A DNA stretch of 64,000 nt, from assembly GCA_951406725.2 (NCBI GenBank), contig OX597819.1, positions 95,852,001 to 95,916,000 of the forward strand. Reading direction: 5' to 3'. Position 1 is the stretch's first letter. Every line of letters starts with the position of its first letter. A program made the translations under genes and the position numbers. Shown in pieces: positions 47,318 to 61,699 of the stretch. The notes below the pieces were generated by a model. It saw only the letters and a program-made list of their open reading frames with translations. It ran no database searches and was not told the DNA's origin. The stretch comes from Octopus vulgaris (lineage: Eukaryota).

Positions 47318-48990
47318 TTTAAACACCGATATACCACTCATCTCAATTCTTTTAGATACGAGAAATACAGTAAATCCACAACACTTGTAAGTCATATACA
47401 TCATCTCAAAAATAGGAATATTCCCTACACTCTGTCATGGTCCATAATAAATTCAGGGCTTCCATACCAAGGTCAATGCTTACCCTGTAAGTTATGCTTT
47501 AAAGAGGCATTCCACCTATTAAAAACACAACTCCTCAACGTGACTAAACAAATATAATGAGGTCCTAAGCATATGCAACCACCACTTTTTTCATACTTTC
47601 AAATTTTACCATAAATCTAAATGCAACCAAAATAACCATGCAGTATATATCCACAACATCCTGTAGGTAATTCCCAACAACCTTACCTATCTACATTTTA
47701 AATTTTAATCTTTAACTAACTCCCCCATCTTTAAGGATCACAATAATTTAATAATACATATTTGAACGTACAAGCGGGTACATGTGGTTGTGTATAAAAA
47801 TGTGTGTACAGATATTTTATGTATGTATTTGTATGTGTGTATATGTATTTACTCATATATGTGCGTGCATGCATATGTATTTGTGCGTGCATTTATAAAA
47901 AGAAATATATATGAATGAGTGTGTATATGTGTATACATGTATGCATAAGTACCTGTATGTGCGCATGCATGTGACTGTAAATGTGTGTGCAACTGCGTGC
48001 ATGTTCATGTATATATATATATACATGTATGCATGCGCATATGCGGGTACAAATACATCTATGGGTGCACGTGAGCATGCATGTGTATATATGCACATGT
48101 GTATGTATAGGCATATGTATATGTCTATTTATATGTGTGTGTATATGCATACATATTTGCAAATATACATTCTTTCCTCCTTTTCCTAGCTATCACTAAC
48201 CTATCACCTATAGTAATTTGACATCCTTGTATTCTTCCCTCCACCTCAAATTTTACTACCAAAACTACTACTCACTTTGGTATCACCCCATCCTTACCTT
48301 TTCTCCATCCATCCCTTAATGCAGCTCTGTCATATCACCTCTACTCACATATCTCACTTTCTTTTACTCCTTACCTTCTCATCTCTTCCTCTCCTGTCCT
48401 TCCATTACATTATCTTGACCACTAACACTCCCTCTCTCCATTTCTTCACTTTTTTTTTCACTCTTTACTTTTGTCTCTCTCCCTTTTTCTTTTATTCTTT
48501 TTCTCGCTTTCTTCCTCTCATTTCCTCTTCTTGTTTTAGATTCGACCTTTCTTCTCTTTCTAATCATACACATCTCTCCTCCCTCCATCTATCCATAAAT
48601 ACTACCAATGCATTCTCAAATTTTTCATTCACACCACAAAACCTTCTTGAATGAGCAACACTGATTCCATGGCTCGATGCTTTGAAATGACTAAATATGA
48701 ACTACTATTGGAACTTACACACCATGTACAGGAAACTTTTTTTTACCACTTCTATACACCATTTTTCTCGAATAATGGAACTGCAACTACAATATCTTTA
48801 TATAACTTATTTCTGCTTTTATTCTCTTATTTCCTTCTATATTCCTTATCTTTTCCACAATAATTCAAACTCAGATAATTTCTCACACCATCTCTGATGA
48901 AGGGATATCCATAATATCCCAGAAACAGCTGTAAGACTATTTCATTATAAATGTCCTGAAAACTCCTCACAGCCTTGGATTTGTTATCTC
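47318..48990 (+). mobile_element. Second Penelope-like element, 3' remnant (Naiad-like endonuclease C-terminus, long simple-sequence UTR, hammerhead)
   Basis: FKHRYTTHLNSFRYEKYSKSTTLVSHIHHLK...YTLSWSII...CKLCFKEAFHLL, frameshift, then LNKYNEVLSICNH. Hammerhead at 48888. Confidence 0.75.
48888..48937 (+). ncRNA. Minimal type I hammerhead ribozyme motif with palindromic stem III
   Basis: tct-CTGATGA-a-GGGATAT-ccata-ATATCCC-a-GAAA-CAGCTG-TA-aga. 7-bp stem II, ACAGCTGT palindrome, GUA site. Confidence 0.8.
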
Positions 48991-48996
48991 ATTCAG

Positions 48997-49000
<4 letters not shown>

Positions 49001-49051
<51 letters not shown>

Positions 49052-49146
49052 TAGATAGCGATTGATAGATAGATAGATAGATAGATAGGTAGGTAGGTAG
49101 GTAGACAGACAGACAGATAGATAGATAGACAGATAGATAGATAGAC

Positions 49147-49209
<63 letters not shown>

Positions 49210-49227
49210 AAGATAGATAGATAGATA
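49001..49227. repeat. (AT)n followed by (AGAT/AGGT/AGAC)n microsatellite
   Basis: Directly visible. Confidence 0.95.
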
Positions 49228-49574
49228 TTGTCAGTGGATTATATATCTGAAAAAGAAGCACACTCTGCCCACAGCCACTGGAATCTGATGAGTTGTCTAT
49301 GAAGTTAAGTGTCTATGACCAGGCATATATTCAATTTAAAGCACTTGATAGATTTGCAAATTATATAGTACAAGACATCTTGATGATTGCAGAAGAAACC
49401 AATAACAACTTGAGCCAAGCCTAGTCACAGATATTTTTTCCTTGAACATTAACAATTTGGTTGGGAAGCAAACTTCTCACCACACCTATACAGGCATAGG
49501 CATGGCAGTGTAGTAAGAAGTTTGCTCCACAAACACATCCACAGACAGAATTTCCCACATATATTGTAGATTTT

Positions 49575-50190
49575 GGAATCAGGCCAACTCTGTGAATAAA
49601 TTAAAAGCATTCCAGGCCGAATCTGGACCCGTAATCCTGAAATTTTGGATTCCCAAGTTTCCATTACTGTGATTGTTTTTAGCGGTTTTTTTATGTGGAT
49701 TTTTGTGATGAAATTTTGTGATGAATTTTTTTGTATGATAACATTTTTTATAACTTGGAAATAAACTTTGGGAATAAAGAAAATTTGTTGTGAAATCCAA
49801 CAATTATTTTTGGCAAATTTTTTACATAATCTTTTGCGATGAATATGATCATCATTGGGGTATGACTCTGGAGGAAGCAATTGCAATAAATTCAACAAAA
49901 TCTAATATAATAAATGCGAATGTCAGTGTATCAGTATGTCACACTTTTTCAACTTTACTCCTAGAGGTGGTATCCCAACATATCACACCACTTTGAAATC
50001 AGGCCAACTCCATGAGTAAATTAAAAACATTGTGGGCTGCATCCAGACCCACAATTCTGAAATTTTGGATTCTTAATTTTCATTACTGTGGTTGGTTTTG
50101 GTGATTTTTTTACATAATTTTTTGCAACGAATATGATCATAATTGGGATATGACTCTGGAGGAGGCAACTTCAACAAATTCACCAAAACA
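49575..50190. repeat. Diverged direct repeat (49575-49900 vs 49995-50190)
   Basis: Shared aatcaggccaactc...gaaattttggattc...atgactctggagga. The second copy lacks about 130 bp. Confidence 0.75.
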
Positions 50191-50284
50191 TGTCAGAGAT
50201 CTGTTTGCAGATCTTCCCATTTGAGGTCAGTAGCTTAAAAGCTATGTCCTAGCTTAAAAGCCACAATATAGGGCAGCTTTTAAG

Positions 50285-50345
<61 letters not shown>

Positions 50346-50649
50346 TTATATACATTTGCATACACACACAATAATGATGATGATAATAATAATAATAAAG
50401 GGTGAATAAACTCTGAGGCCATCCAAATAACATTTCTGTTTTAGTAATGCTGATGGAGCCAGTACTGCTCAAAACAGCAGAAATAATAATAATAATGAAT
50501 ATCCTGAGAACAACAATGGCAGAGAACATCTTCATTGGGATAAATCTACAAAGAGGTAAGAGGGTTTCTGTTAGCATTGGCTGGCAATGTCCTAGAGATC
50601 GTGTCTTAATAAAAATATTGGCAGTTATGATACCTCACCAACACAGCCC

Positions 50650-52270
50650 TCTTTATGAGTATAATGCCAAATAAAAATCATCACAACTGCGTTCATGTCA
50701 CCCAAACCCTGAGTGAAAGAGGAAAACTATGTAAAGTAGTGAGAAAGATGAATGAACTGTTAACAAAAATCTACATTAAAAACATAACAGATCTAAACAG
50801 TCTTAGATTCTGTGTAGCCTCTGTCATGCAAACTCTTAGGATTAAAAGTGAGAGAAAAACAAAAGCCAAAACACCATGGTGGAAATGAAGGCTTGAGAAC
50901 CAAATTGAACAGCTCGAGTGAGATCTTGGATGGATGCATTCATAGAAAAGAAGAGTGTGAGGGAAAGACAGGAACAAACTGCAAAGAAAGTACAACATAA
51001 GACACAAAGGACTGTGAATAGTTAAAGAGGAACTAAGAGAAAGAATCAAAGCAGTGTCAGGTAAAAATAACAGATACCGACAGAAAGCAAATCAGGACCA
51101 GCAGAATAGACACTTTAAGAACAACAAAGGAAAATTCTATAAACAGCCAAACAATGAAGAAGAGCATCAGGAAAATGATATGCCAAATGCTGAAGCAGCA
51201 AAGAAATTCCAGACAGAAACCTGGAGCAAAAAAGTCCAACATAATGTAAAAGCAGGCTTGTTACAGGAATTTAAAAGTGAAATAGAGGCTGGAGTGACAC
51301 AAGAAAACATGACAATCACAGATAAGAAAGTAAAAGAGATGATTAAGAAAATACCAAATGAAAGCCTCAGATCAAATGGTGTCCAGGGTTTCTAGCTCAA
51401 GAATCTCCCAATTATATACAGTTATATATGACCATTTTTTGCTGACTGCAGAAAAAATGGAACACTGACATGGATGATAAAAAGAAGGATAGTGCTGATA
51501 CAGAAAGACAAAGAAAAGAGAACGGGAGCTCAGCAATTATAGACCTATTACTTGCTTACAATTACTCTGGAAACTATTAACTGGCCTCATAGCAGATAAC
51601 ATTTATAATTTCCTGGAAAAGAACCTATTACCAGAGGAACAAAAAGGATATAGGAAGAAATCAAGGACTACTGATCTGCTATATATAGACAGAAGAATAT
51701 TGAATGAGGAACAAGTAAGAAAAAAGAATTTTGCTGCTGGATGGCTAGATTACAGGAAGGCTTATGACAGTGTCCCACACAGCTGGCTCTTGGAGTGTCC
51801 GAGGATGCTTGGAGTCAATGAGAGGATAAACAACTTTTTGAAGAAAGCATTGAGGGTTTGGGAAGTACAACTGAAATGTACAAATGACTTGCTAGGCAAT
51901 GTGAAAATACACAAGTGTATTTTCCAAGGAGAATTACTCTTTCCATTACTCTTTGTCAGTGCATTAAACTCTCTGACAAGTATACTAAAAAAATCCAGGC
52001 CTACCCATGAGTTTACCAAATCCAAGATGTGAATAAATCACCTACTATATGGATGGCTTTAAGTTGTATACAAAAAATGAGGCAGACCAGATTCCATGAT
52101 CCAAACTGTGAGAGTATTCAGTAAAGATATTGAAATGTAGTTTGGGGTAAATTAGTGTACAGTACTAATTATGAAGAGAGGCTGGAATGTAAACTCTGAT
52201 GGCATAAAATTACCACAAAACAGCAACATTAGACCACTGTAGTATAATGAGGGGTACAAATATTTTGGAT
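50650..52270 (+). mobile_element. R4/Dong-like LINE RT remnant
   Basis: YRPITCL, WLDYRKAYDSVPHSWL, IFQGELLFPLLF, INHLLYMD. Many stops. Confidence 0.8.
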
Positions 52271-53074
52271 TTTAGTAATGGTATAATTTTTTATTATGTC
52301 TTGTTCCAGTTATTTTTTACCAACACTGAGCCAACAAGGGTCTATATATACCTCCAGCACAAAAGAGTCTATGCACTTTCAACTACAATGTTTGAAGAGT
52401 TTTCTATATTAAGTGCAGTAGTTGGAGCAAAACCGATCATAACATTTTGAGCAATTATATGGCTTAACCAGTAATAATACCACTTGACAATATAAAACTG
52501 TGTACACACACACACTTTGGAGATATTACACTCTCTCTACTGTCTAGTCTATTTCTGGTGATGGTCACATCACTGGCCAGTAAATGGCAGCTGCTATTCT
52601 TCTTCACTTATTGTTGGTGGTGTACATCCCAGTTCAGTGTTTAGGACCTATGAGGTTATTGATGTAGATATTTCTATTTCTGTGTGTTTGCATCTTTTAT
52701 GCATGTCTGGAATGAGTGCAAGAGTACTTTTAAGATGTTGTTTTCAGGTCTTCTATACATATACGTCTAGGTTTTGGGAAGTGGTTTTTCATGTATTTGC
52801 AGGAACTGTGAGAGCTGAAGTTTGCTCTGATAGTAGACTGTGTAACATATATGTCTAGATGGCCTTTCGTTTACCCCAAACTGCATGCCAGTATCCTAGC
52901 TAAATATTCTTACTGCTTGTATCAGAGAATCTAGGTCATTTTTTCATTTATGATGTATAGTTTGAGGGTATCCATTTATAACAGGGGATTTATTTTCACC
53001 CTAATTTCAGCAAGCTCATACAAAGGCTTGTATTTCCTTAGTATGCTTATCTGAGGGATTAATGTAACAATATT

Positions 53075-53550
53075 TTCTACTATAGGTACAAGGCTTGAAA
53101 TTTTGGGGAACAGAGATAATCGATTATATTGATCCCAGTGTTCAACTGGTACTTATTTTATTGACTTCCAAAAGGATGAAAGGCAAAGTAGACCTTGGTG
53201 GAATTTTAACTCAGAACGTAAAGTTGGATGGAATGCTGCTAAGCATTTTGCCTAGCATGCTAATGACTCTGCCAGCTCACTGTCTTATTGAAATAATGAA
53301 AAGTAATGGAGAGAGTGGGTCTCTTTGAAATATTCCCATGTGTATTTTCACATTTTCTAATGATTCACTTCATTTATTATTAAGGTGGCAAGCTGACAAA
53401 ATTGTTAGTCTGCTGGAGATGAAAAACTTAATGGCATTTCTTCCATTTCTTTATAGGATCAATAAAATAATTACCAGTTGAGCACTTGGATTGCAGTAAT
53501 TGACTTACTCCTTCACCAAAATTGCTGGCCTTGTGTCAAAATTTGAAAGC
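53075..53550. mobile_element. Two SINE family B copies, inverted head-to-head
   Basis: Minus copy at about 53075-53285 and plus copy at about 53382-53550. Confidence 0.7.
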
Positions 53551-53599
53551 ATTATTATTATTATTACCATGATTTTTTCCTGTTTTGATGTTTTTCAGG

Positions 53600-54175
53600 A
53601 TTTTCTATTCCCTGTTCCAGCTCCTTCCCACAGCTTACATTCACATTTTCCTCAACACGTAGTTCCAATTATGACCACCAGCTGCCTATTTCCAAAGATA
53701 CCTGGTATTAGACACAATATTGAGGCTCTATAAATACACTCTTGATACCTTTCAGCTTTCACATCCTCTATCTTCACAATGTTATGATCAGCAGGTACTG
53801 TTACATCAATGAAAATCCATTCTTTCATCACTTTCCACAGGAGAGTGATATGTGATCAATAATGTAGCTTTTTCTGTGTGTTTTGTCATTCCATGAAAAA
53901 TTCATTTGATTAGTCTCTGTGACTGGCATTTATACCACTTGTCAGTACACTTAAGCCTGCACCTATTACTCATCTCCCAGTGTACTCACTGTGCAATTTT
54001 CTCTACTTTATCATATCAGTTTTGAATATACACTAACTACATACCTTGCTGCTTTTATGTGTTTGCACACCATCTACAGAGGGGTGTTTCTGTTGTCTTA
54101 TCAATGCTGTACTCAACTGCATTAGTTTACAAAGATTGCTCTTGAGTAAGAAGGATCAAACCTTCTGTATCCCTT
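53600..54175 (-). mobile_element. R4/Dong-like LINE C-terminal (zinc knuckle/RLE) remnant
   Basis: QEQSL.TN...IDKTTETPLCRWC and WIFIDVTVPADHNI...KAERYQ. Confidence 0.6.
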
Positions 54176-54192
54176 AAAATTATCACTATTAT

Positions 54193-54410
54193 CAAGGCAA
54201 CAAGCTAGCAGAATCATTAGCATGATGGACAAAATGCTAAGAGGCATTTCTTTCAGCTCTTTACATTATGAGATTAAATCCTGTTGAGGTTGACTGTGCC
54301 TTTTATCCTTTTCAGAGTCAATGAAGGTGAGCAGGTGAGCAGTTGAGTTGATGTAACTGACCTATCCTTTCTCTCAAAATTACTGGCCTTGTGCCACAAT
54401 TAGAAAAAAA
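54193..54410 (+). mobile_element. SINE family B copy
   Basis: aaggcaacaagctagcagaatcattagc...gactgtgccttttatcctttt...ggccttgtgcc. Confidence 0.7.
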
Positions 54411-56089
54411 ATTCTGTTAACCCATATATACTCCTGGTTGCGTTTTCACAATGCAAACCTGCTCCTACTTTGTTTGGACATGAACTTGTCGGGAAGCATC
54501 TGACTGAGCAGATGAAATGTTCAGTAGATAGTTGACACTCGTAGCTAACAGTTGCATACTGCCCTTCTCTTCCAGATTGTGAAAGCTTACCATAACGTTT
54601 AATCTAAATACAGTGAAATTTTAAGACTTCATTTTTTTTATGGGCATATATGGGTTGATTCTAAAGTATTTTTTGTGTTTTCTTTATACCTGTTGGAAGG
54701 TATGTAAGGGCCATGTCATTTAGAATGTCAGTTATTTTAGAGGGTCCTCGTAATTAGCCAGTCTGATATGAGTAATTAATAAGAGTATAATTTTTCAGAG
54801 TAATTAAATTCCATCTAGAGATGAATCATTTGAAATATTTAATAATGAATGTCCTATTTCCAAAGTTGATGATAATGGACCAAAACACGATAAGCTTATT
54901 TTTATTGCTCAACGGAAAGCTCTTGAACAGATTGCCATACATTAAATGTTTTTATTCAAGCTTGGACTTGAAATTCTGAACTGGATACCTTTTGGTATTG
55001 ACTAATAACAATTTCATTATTAACAATGTTTAAGGTAATGAGCTGACAGAATAATGTGTCAATAGTTACATTATCCAATGTCTTATCTTTTTATGGCAGT
55101 AGGGTGTGGTTGAAAGCAGATTTAGCTGTTATTTCCAGTAGATTGAAGAGCCACATAAGTAGTTTATTTTTGAAAGATTATATTGCTGGTAATAAGAGAG
55201 ATAGTAAATTTGGTCGACTATTTCAGGTTGTCCTTGAAGGGTAGCCTAATTGACTTCTGGGTAGCCTTGTTGTGTTTAGGGGAGTAATGAGGATGTCCAT
55301 ACAGGCTCATCAAATGATGATGTAGTGAGTCAGCTCTACACTCATTACATTTCTGTATGGTTGTTCAAAGGTTTGAAAAGAAAACCATTGCTTGGTGTCT
55401 CTGTCACCAATACTATTGTCACTGAGAACCCTGTGGTACTGTGACTAGCATGTGGGTAGACCTGACCTGGACCAGCTGTTTCCTTACCTTATACCAAGTC
55501 ATAAAAATGAGGAACACACTGTCATATACCTTGACCTGGTGGATAGAGCTCACATCAACTTGGGCGTCTTGAAACTTTCCCTTCGAAGATAGGTTGCTTT
55601 CCTCCTTGATTTTTCTTTGATACACTCATTGAGCAAGGAGGTACTGCTTTTAGGCTATACCTTGTTCACTGTCTTTTTTGTTTTTGAGCAAGTTCAAATC
55701 AAGTTGCTTTCTTTTCTCTACAATGCTAGCAAATATTTTCTCATTTAAATAATTTTTTTATTGTTGCTTCATGTGTGTATATGCATATATAAGCATCTAA
55801 CTTTTCAGTGACTTTGATTGATAGTTTAAGGACATAGTTGTGTACATTAGTCACTTTTAAGGCAGCTGTCTTGCAATGTAAAGCATATTGTTTAAATAGT
55901 TTTAAAATGAACAGGAAAAAACCCCACTTTTTTTCATATATGTTACCTTTAGAAGAAAATGTTATTTTCCATGGCAAAGAACAACAATAATGATGTCTCT
56001 GGCTGCCCAATCTCAGCCAAGAAAGACTACATATTGAAGTATGACAGTATTAAAAGCCATACCAGCTTTAATAGAAATGAGATAGTATA

Positions 56090-56420
56090 AATATACACCA
56101 GGAAAAGTCTCAGAGAATGAAAAAAAGTGACTAGACTCTGGGATAAGATAAATGATACAGACATGGAGATGAAAGGTAATGAAGCAGATACTGTCATCGA
56201 GGAAAGGATGAAGAATCGATACTACAAAGAAATGGAGAAATTAGGTAAATATAAAGATCTGGATGTGGAGATAACTATAATGTAAAAATTGAAAACAGAA
56301 ACAATCTTTATAATAATAGGTGCTTTGGGAAGAATACTCCACCTAACCAAAACTCCAGCACTTACAAATATGTACAACTGAAAATATTTGCTAGGAACAG
56401 CACACAGTCAATATAAAATA
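56090..56420 (+). mobile_element. R4/Dong-like RLE C-terminal remnant
   Basis: KEMEKLGKYKDLDVEI...IIIGALG...LLGTAH. Confidence 0.6.
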
Positions 56421-56934
56421 TATAACCAAAACAAAATACTGCACATATCCAAAGCACACAGATCTGCACATAGTGGTGCAGTAAAGAAGACAATAAAAAT
56501 AATAATTGTTTTTGAATTTAGGTATAAGGTCAGCAATTTTAAGGGAGGGTTAGTCGAGTACAACACCACCAGTACTAGATATGTGCTTATTTTATCGATA
56601 CCGAAGGGACAATAGGCAAAGTGGACCTTGGAATTTTGAATTCTGAATGTAAAGAATCAAAAACTAATAATAAAAGGCATTATTGTCTAATACTTAAACA
56701 ATTCTTCCAATCCACAACTCTTAATGTAATAACGATGTTTCTCACAGACTCGAAAACAGAAATTTAGGGAGAGGAGATTGGTTCAATCGACTCAATACAA
56801 GACTAGCATCGAATAACAATAATAAAAATAAATAGGTGATCTAATAATAAAAATAAATAAATAAAAACAGAGAATAAAAATAAATAATAAAAATAATAAC
56901 AATAAAAAATAATAATAATATTTTATAATAATTT

Positions 56935-57310
56935 TGTTTATTAGCTGTCGGGATAACTGATGAAGGAATATTATAAGGGCTAACAACAACAGTGGAGGGT
57001 TACGTTCATGTAAAAAAAAGGCATGGAAAACAAAGCATATAAAGAGAAGTGTGAAGCCCCCATAACCAGCTAGGGCTTTTAAAGGAACTCTGTAGGTCCA
57101 TAACTGCTCTCACTACCAAAGTTGTGTTATCTACTATTCAGGCGAATACTAGTATTTATCCCATTCACCAGGGTCGTTCTCGCCGCTCTCACCCATCTTT
57201 CGGTAAATTTACTGGAAGCCAGCACCTCCCTCTCCACCTTCCTCTCCCACTGGAACTTGAAGAAGTTGATGAGGGATTGGCCGAAGAGGAAAACAGCATG
57301 TCATGTTAAC
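56935..57310 (-). mobile_element. Tx1/L1-like LINE 3' end (ORF2 C-terminus plus 3' UTR)
   Basis: GQSLINFFKFQWERKVEREVLASSKFTERWVR...*, then a pyrimidine-rich UTR with hairpin AAGCCC...GGGCTT and a terminal AATAAA. Confidence 0.5.
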
Positions 57311-58320
57311 CTAAGACAACGCTATAGAACACAGTCGTCACACCATTTGTTACATCAGAAAGGCAGCGGTAGAAATGTGGGCGCTAGTTCACATGTCGCG
57401 CAGTCGATTTTGCCTTTAACCCTCCAGCGTTGATAGAACAAACACGAATTATATATTGGGGTTTATTCGATCGACCATACTTAGACGTTTGTGGTCTTAT
57501 GGCATAGAAAGAAGTAATCAATATCATTAACAGTAGCACCGAAAAGTAAGAGGTAAGTTTCGATTCCCCGATGAAACCGATTTTATTTTATTTACACTGC
57601 TAATACCTTTTGAAGAAAGCGCGAACATCACAACAACCCACCGTCCTTTCCCCCCACAATATAGAGCATTGTGTCGAGTGGAAAAACCAACAATATATAT
57701 ATATATTTATATATATATATACATACACCATTCTTGTGAAATCCGTGAAAAAGACTAATTTAAATGATTCAGCCGATTGTACTTAACAAAATTGTGCTTC
57801 AACCTATTCAGATGAATTTAATAAACTAACTCCTTTTGTCCATACCAGACTGTGGGGTGGTGGATAGAAGTGTGGAAATCCAAGACAAAGACATTTTTTT
57901 CACCTACGATTGAACTCAACATTTTGATGTATATATGAAGAAATATGGTTCGTGAAAACGATCGGATAATATAGCAATGGAAATATCGAGTATACAGAAA
58001 GATTCATAAATAATATGAATGATTACTAGTGTAATTAATACTATAATTATAATTACACAGACTTAGACATTGATAACAGGAAGAATATATACGTATACTG
58101 CCGAGTGAACGACTAGGAATTGTACTGTTTTATACACCAGTGGATAGTAGCAGAAAAATGAAGAAATTCTATATGCTAAAGAAAATGATTTAGTTGTTGT
58201 GTTGGTCTAACAGCAACTAATATACAAGTGACAGCAGAAATGAGTCATATGTATGTAGATACGTATGGGCGGCTGGAAAAACTAGTGCCATCTTCAACAG
58301 TCCGCTGTAGAGAAGAGAAG

Positions 58321-58434
58321 ATGGCGCTCCAGCGGAAGAAAGACGGTGGGCCTAATGTGAAGTTTTTTGAGTCTGTTGAAACTATTGCTATGTTTGATTC
58401 TGTTCGAACATGGTTACACAAGAACTGTAAGAAG
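58321..58434 (+). CDS. SMARCC2: SWI/SNF (BAF) subunit SMARCC/BAF170 (Moira), first coding exon; the gene continues beyond the window
   Basis: [38 protein letters not shown]|gtaagc matches the SMARCC2 N-terminus [16 protein letters not shown]...FDNVRLWLGKNYKK. Exon 2 was not found in the window. Confidence 0.92.
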
Positions 58435-60240
58435 GTAAGCATTTCATTTCACCTCTGGACTGTGATCCTTTGATGTATTTAAATGATGTTTCTATTTGCC
58501 TTTCCGCTACCCGGCGTGACGTCGTTTTCTCCCTCTCTTTGTTTGATAACATATTTCCCCATTTAATTACATTGCTGTTTACTTTTAGATATTATGTACA
58601 TTATTTCATTATTGTCGTCAGTAATCACATAAAACATACAGATTGAAACGGAGAAATGTTCCTACATCAAAATGTAAATGAAAGTTGACAATCATAGTTG
58701 CATATTTTAAAATCGATTTTCGATTTATTGAATATATGTATAACATTTACTGTTATTGCTTATTTTTAAAAATTTAAAATAATGATATATTAATCAGTGT
58801 TAGTGTGTATATTTATATATATCCTCAATTTCCTAATAAAAACAGATTAAGATGTTTTAAAGTTTGATTGTCAAATATTTCTGTTGTAATGTGCATATTG
58901 AAACTTCGTTCTAATGTGTGCATTACGATTTATTGGCCACTAACATACTGCACAGATAATGGCGATGAAACTGTTGATTTTATAATTCAGTTTTATTAAT
59001 ATATTCGCTTTTGATCTGTGATTGTGTATAAAAGTTGATGAGTGAAGAGCTAAGACGAAATTGAAGTTACGACTGAAATGTTGGCAAGAAAGTGAAATGT
59101 GAGAAGTTGCAACTGATTTGCATTTAGAAGCAGAGCCAGCACAGATAACCTCACTTTAGTATCTGTAGGCTAGCGACACTCCTCCTCCTCCCCCCTTTCT
59201 TTTCTCTCATCATCGTGACACATACTTTATTTTTAACGTTATTATTATTATTATTTTTACATTAATTACAGTTACTCTGTTAATAAGTTACCAAGTACTA
59301 GCATTGATCTAATTTGCTGGTTAAATACCGGAAAATCGGGTAAAATTAATCAGAACCTGTCCCCTTGCTTCAGACGATGTGGATCTTCTTGTCGCGCTTT
59401 TGTCAAGTTTAACTCCCAGAAATATATTTCTTTTCAGTAATAGTTCTTTTAGTAATATATTATTATGCAGTTAAGAAATTTGGTTGGCATTCATTTACCT
59501 ATAGCTCTGTCAGTCTTATATCTTGAATGAAACAAAAAACGGAAAAAACCCCCCCTCTCCCTTCCTCCCTTAATAGAGCAAATTGAAGCTGATTAAAACT
59601 GTTCATTATGTATATATACTCATCTTTGTTCCCCTATTTACTGTAGCCACATACTCTATCTCTGCTCTTCCTATATATTTCATTATTTCCCTATATTAGT
59701 TAATTTCGTTACCGTTAAATATAGTTATTATCCTGCGGAGCAGCAGCTACCGTGAACCAACGACAAAGCTTCACTTCCGCCGATCGACTTGGCAGACATG
59801 TTTCCCGCATACACCAACTTTTTCTCATGTGTACCTTTAATATTACTGCTGTCGCATCGCCGAACACTTGCTCTTAGGATTTGCTTTGCTCAATTGCGGG
59901 CAATAATTTGTTAATTCGTGTAGAAATTGATAGTATAAAACTATTTTTATAATTTTAAGCGGAATAATAAAAAAAAAGACCTTGCGAGTGAGAGGTGTGA
60001 ATCATCATCGCAAAGCGCTGTACAGCTAGAATAAGGGCCACAAATTCACTTGTTTTCATTAAATTTTTCCATTATTCATCTTCCATCCCTATCATCACTA
60101 TCATATATCCGTGTGACCTATTTTGCGGTATACTCTTTCCATTAGATATATTTCCTCAAATGCTTTCTGTTGAAATTTCAAATTGCGTGTATTCACGTTT
60201 CAATTCATGCGCTATTCTCCACCCCGTAGAAGCATAAATA

Positions 60241-60282
<42 letters not shown>

Positions 60283-61699
60283 TTAGAGAGAGTTTTGATA
60301 AATTTACTATAAATTTGTACAAAATTAATTGTTGATTTATACAAATGTATAATATCGGCATTGTTTTTAAAATACCTTGACAATCAGTTAATGTTGGCAA
60401 TAAAATTTTAAAATCTTTTCAAAATATAATAATAATAATAATAATAAAAACTTTTAAGGGCTTTACGAATACGTAGTTTGTATATTACTCGTCACGTTAT
60501 TGAACAGTGGATCTTTGGTGTCCTTGGAATTGCCTCTCTGATTTCCTTTAATTAGCGTTAGGTTTTGGGTAGCAAAATCTAAAATGATTAATTTTTGACA
60601 ATACGGAAAGGCTAAGGAAAGTGGTATGTGTCGGCCAGATGGAGTTCGTGAGTTTAGATGAATTGGTATGTGTAGGAAGAAGAGGAATGTGTTTTTTTTC
60701 GGTGAGAGAGAAAATAAAATTGAAATTAGATTCTAATATCTATATAAAAAAAATTAAAAACATTGGTTGATAATGGGCGGGGGAAGCAGTTAAGATCTGA
60801 ATTTGTGTGGTGTTGTTTAGCACCCGTTAAACCCTAATTGGGCTAACAAATTAAAGCGTTCCTACAATTACCATCATATCATTTTCAGACAATGTATCAG
60901 GACTTATGATCTTTGTTGATTGTTAATTGTTTCTCATATAGGCACCTGATTATTTTAGAAGCGGGAATATTGGATGTTGTGAAGTATCATCGAGATATGT
61001 AATAATTAGGATTTCAAATTACATTTATAATAATTGCACAAAATCCCTACATATTTGTTAGGGCAGTGGCATTAGGAATTGAAATTGGTTGCAGACTTAC
61101 AGCACTATATAATCTTTAAATTAAGATATAAAATAATTTGTTCTTATCTCCCATCTGTGTTTATTTGATGAGTATTAAAGATGTTTTTTTAACTCTAACT
61201 CAGCCCTGAGTCAACAGATCTCAGGTCTTTTATTCAAACATTGTAGTATGTCTAAGATTATATAATGTTATCCCCCCCCTTTTTTTTTGGGAGGAAGGAC
61301 GTAATTTGGCAGCTATTTCTAGCATGTCAACAAACTGCATACAAGCTCAGATCATATGGACATACTTTATTTTAAACTGAGTAATTTTTAGTGTGACCAA
61401 CTAATGTATGAACCACAATCATGGTTTCTCTTATTTTAAAATTTTGTATGGTTTCTTATTGCACAGGTTTTTATTTAAACAGTAATTGTGTGATATTTTA
61501 TATGGTTAAAAACAAAAGTACATATATATAAAAATTTGTCTAATTGTTAATGCATCTTCTTAACCATCTGTTTTTGTTGACGATAGTCCTCTCAATGTTG
61601 TCATTTGGGAATGAGTTTATATGTATGTATGCAAACCAATTTAGGATCCTTATGCTGTTGTACAAGTGGGGACAAGAACATGGTCTTGATAGCTTTTGG

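Noticed and set aside
47820-48654. ORFs in TA/TG-rich and CT-rich sequence
   Set aside because: Simple-sequence UTR of the Penelope remnant, with no protein-like composition.
48640-48720. Possible SECIS in the Naiad-like element UTR
   Set aside because: ATGA motifs are present, but there is no convincing stem, apical AA or GA quartet.
58228-58473. 81-aa single-exon ORF
   Set aside because: Only 58321-58434 matches SMARCC. The rest is 5' UTR and intron read-through.
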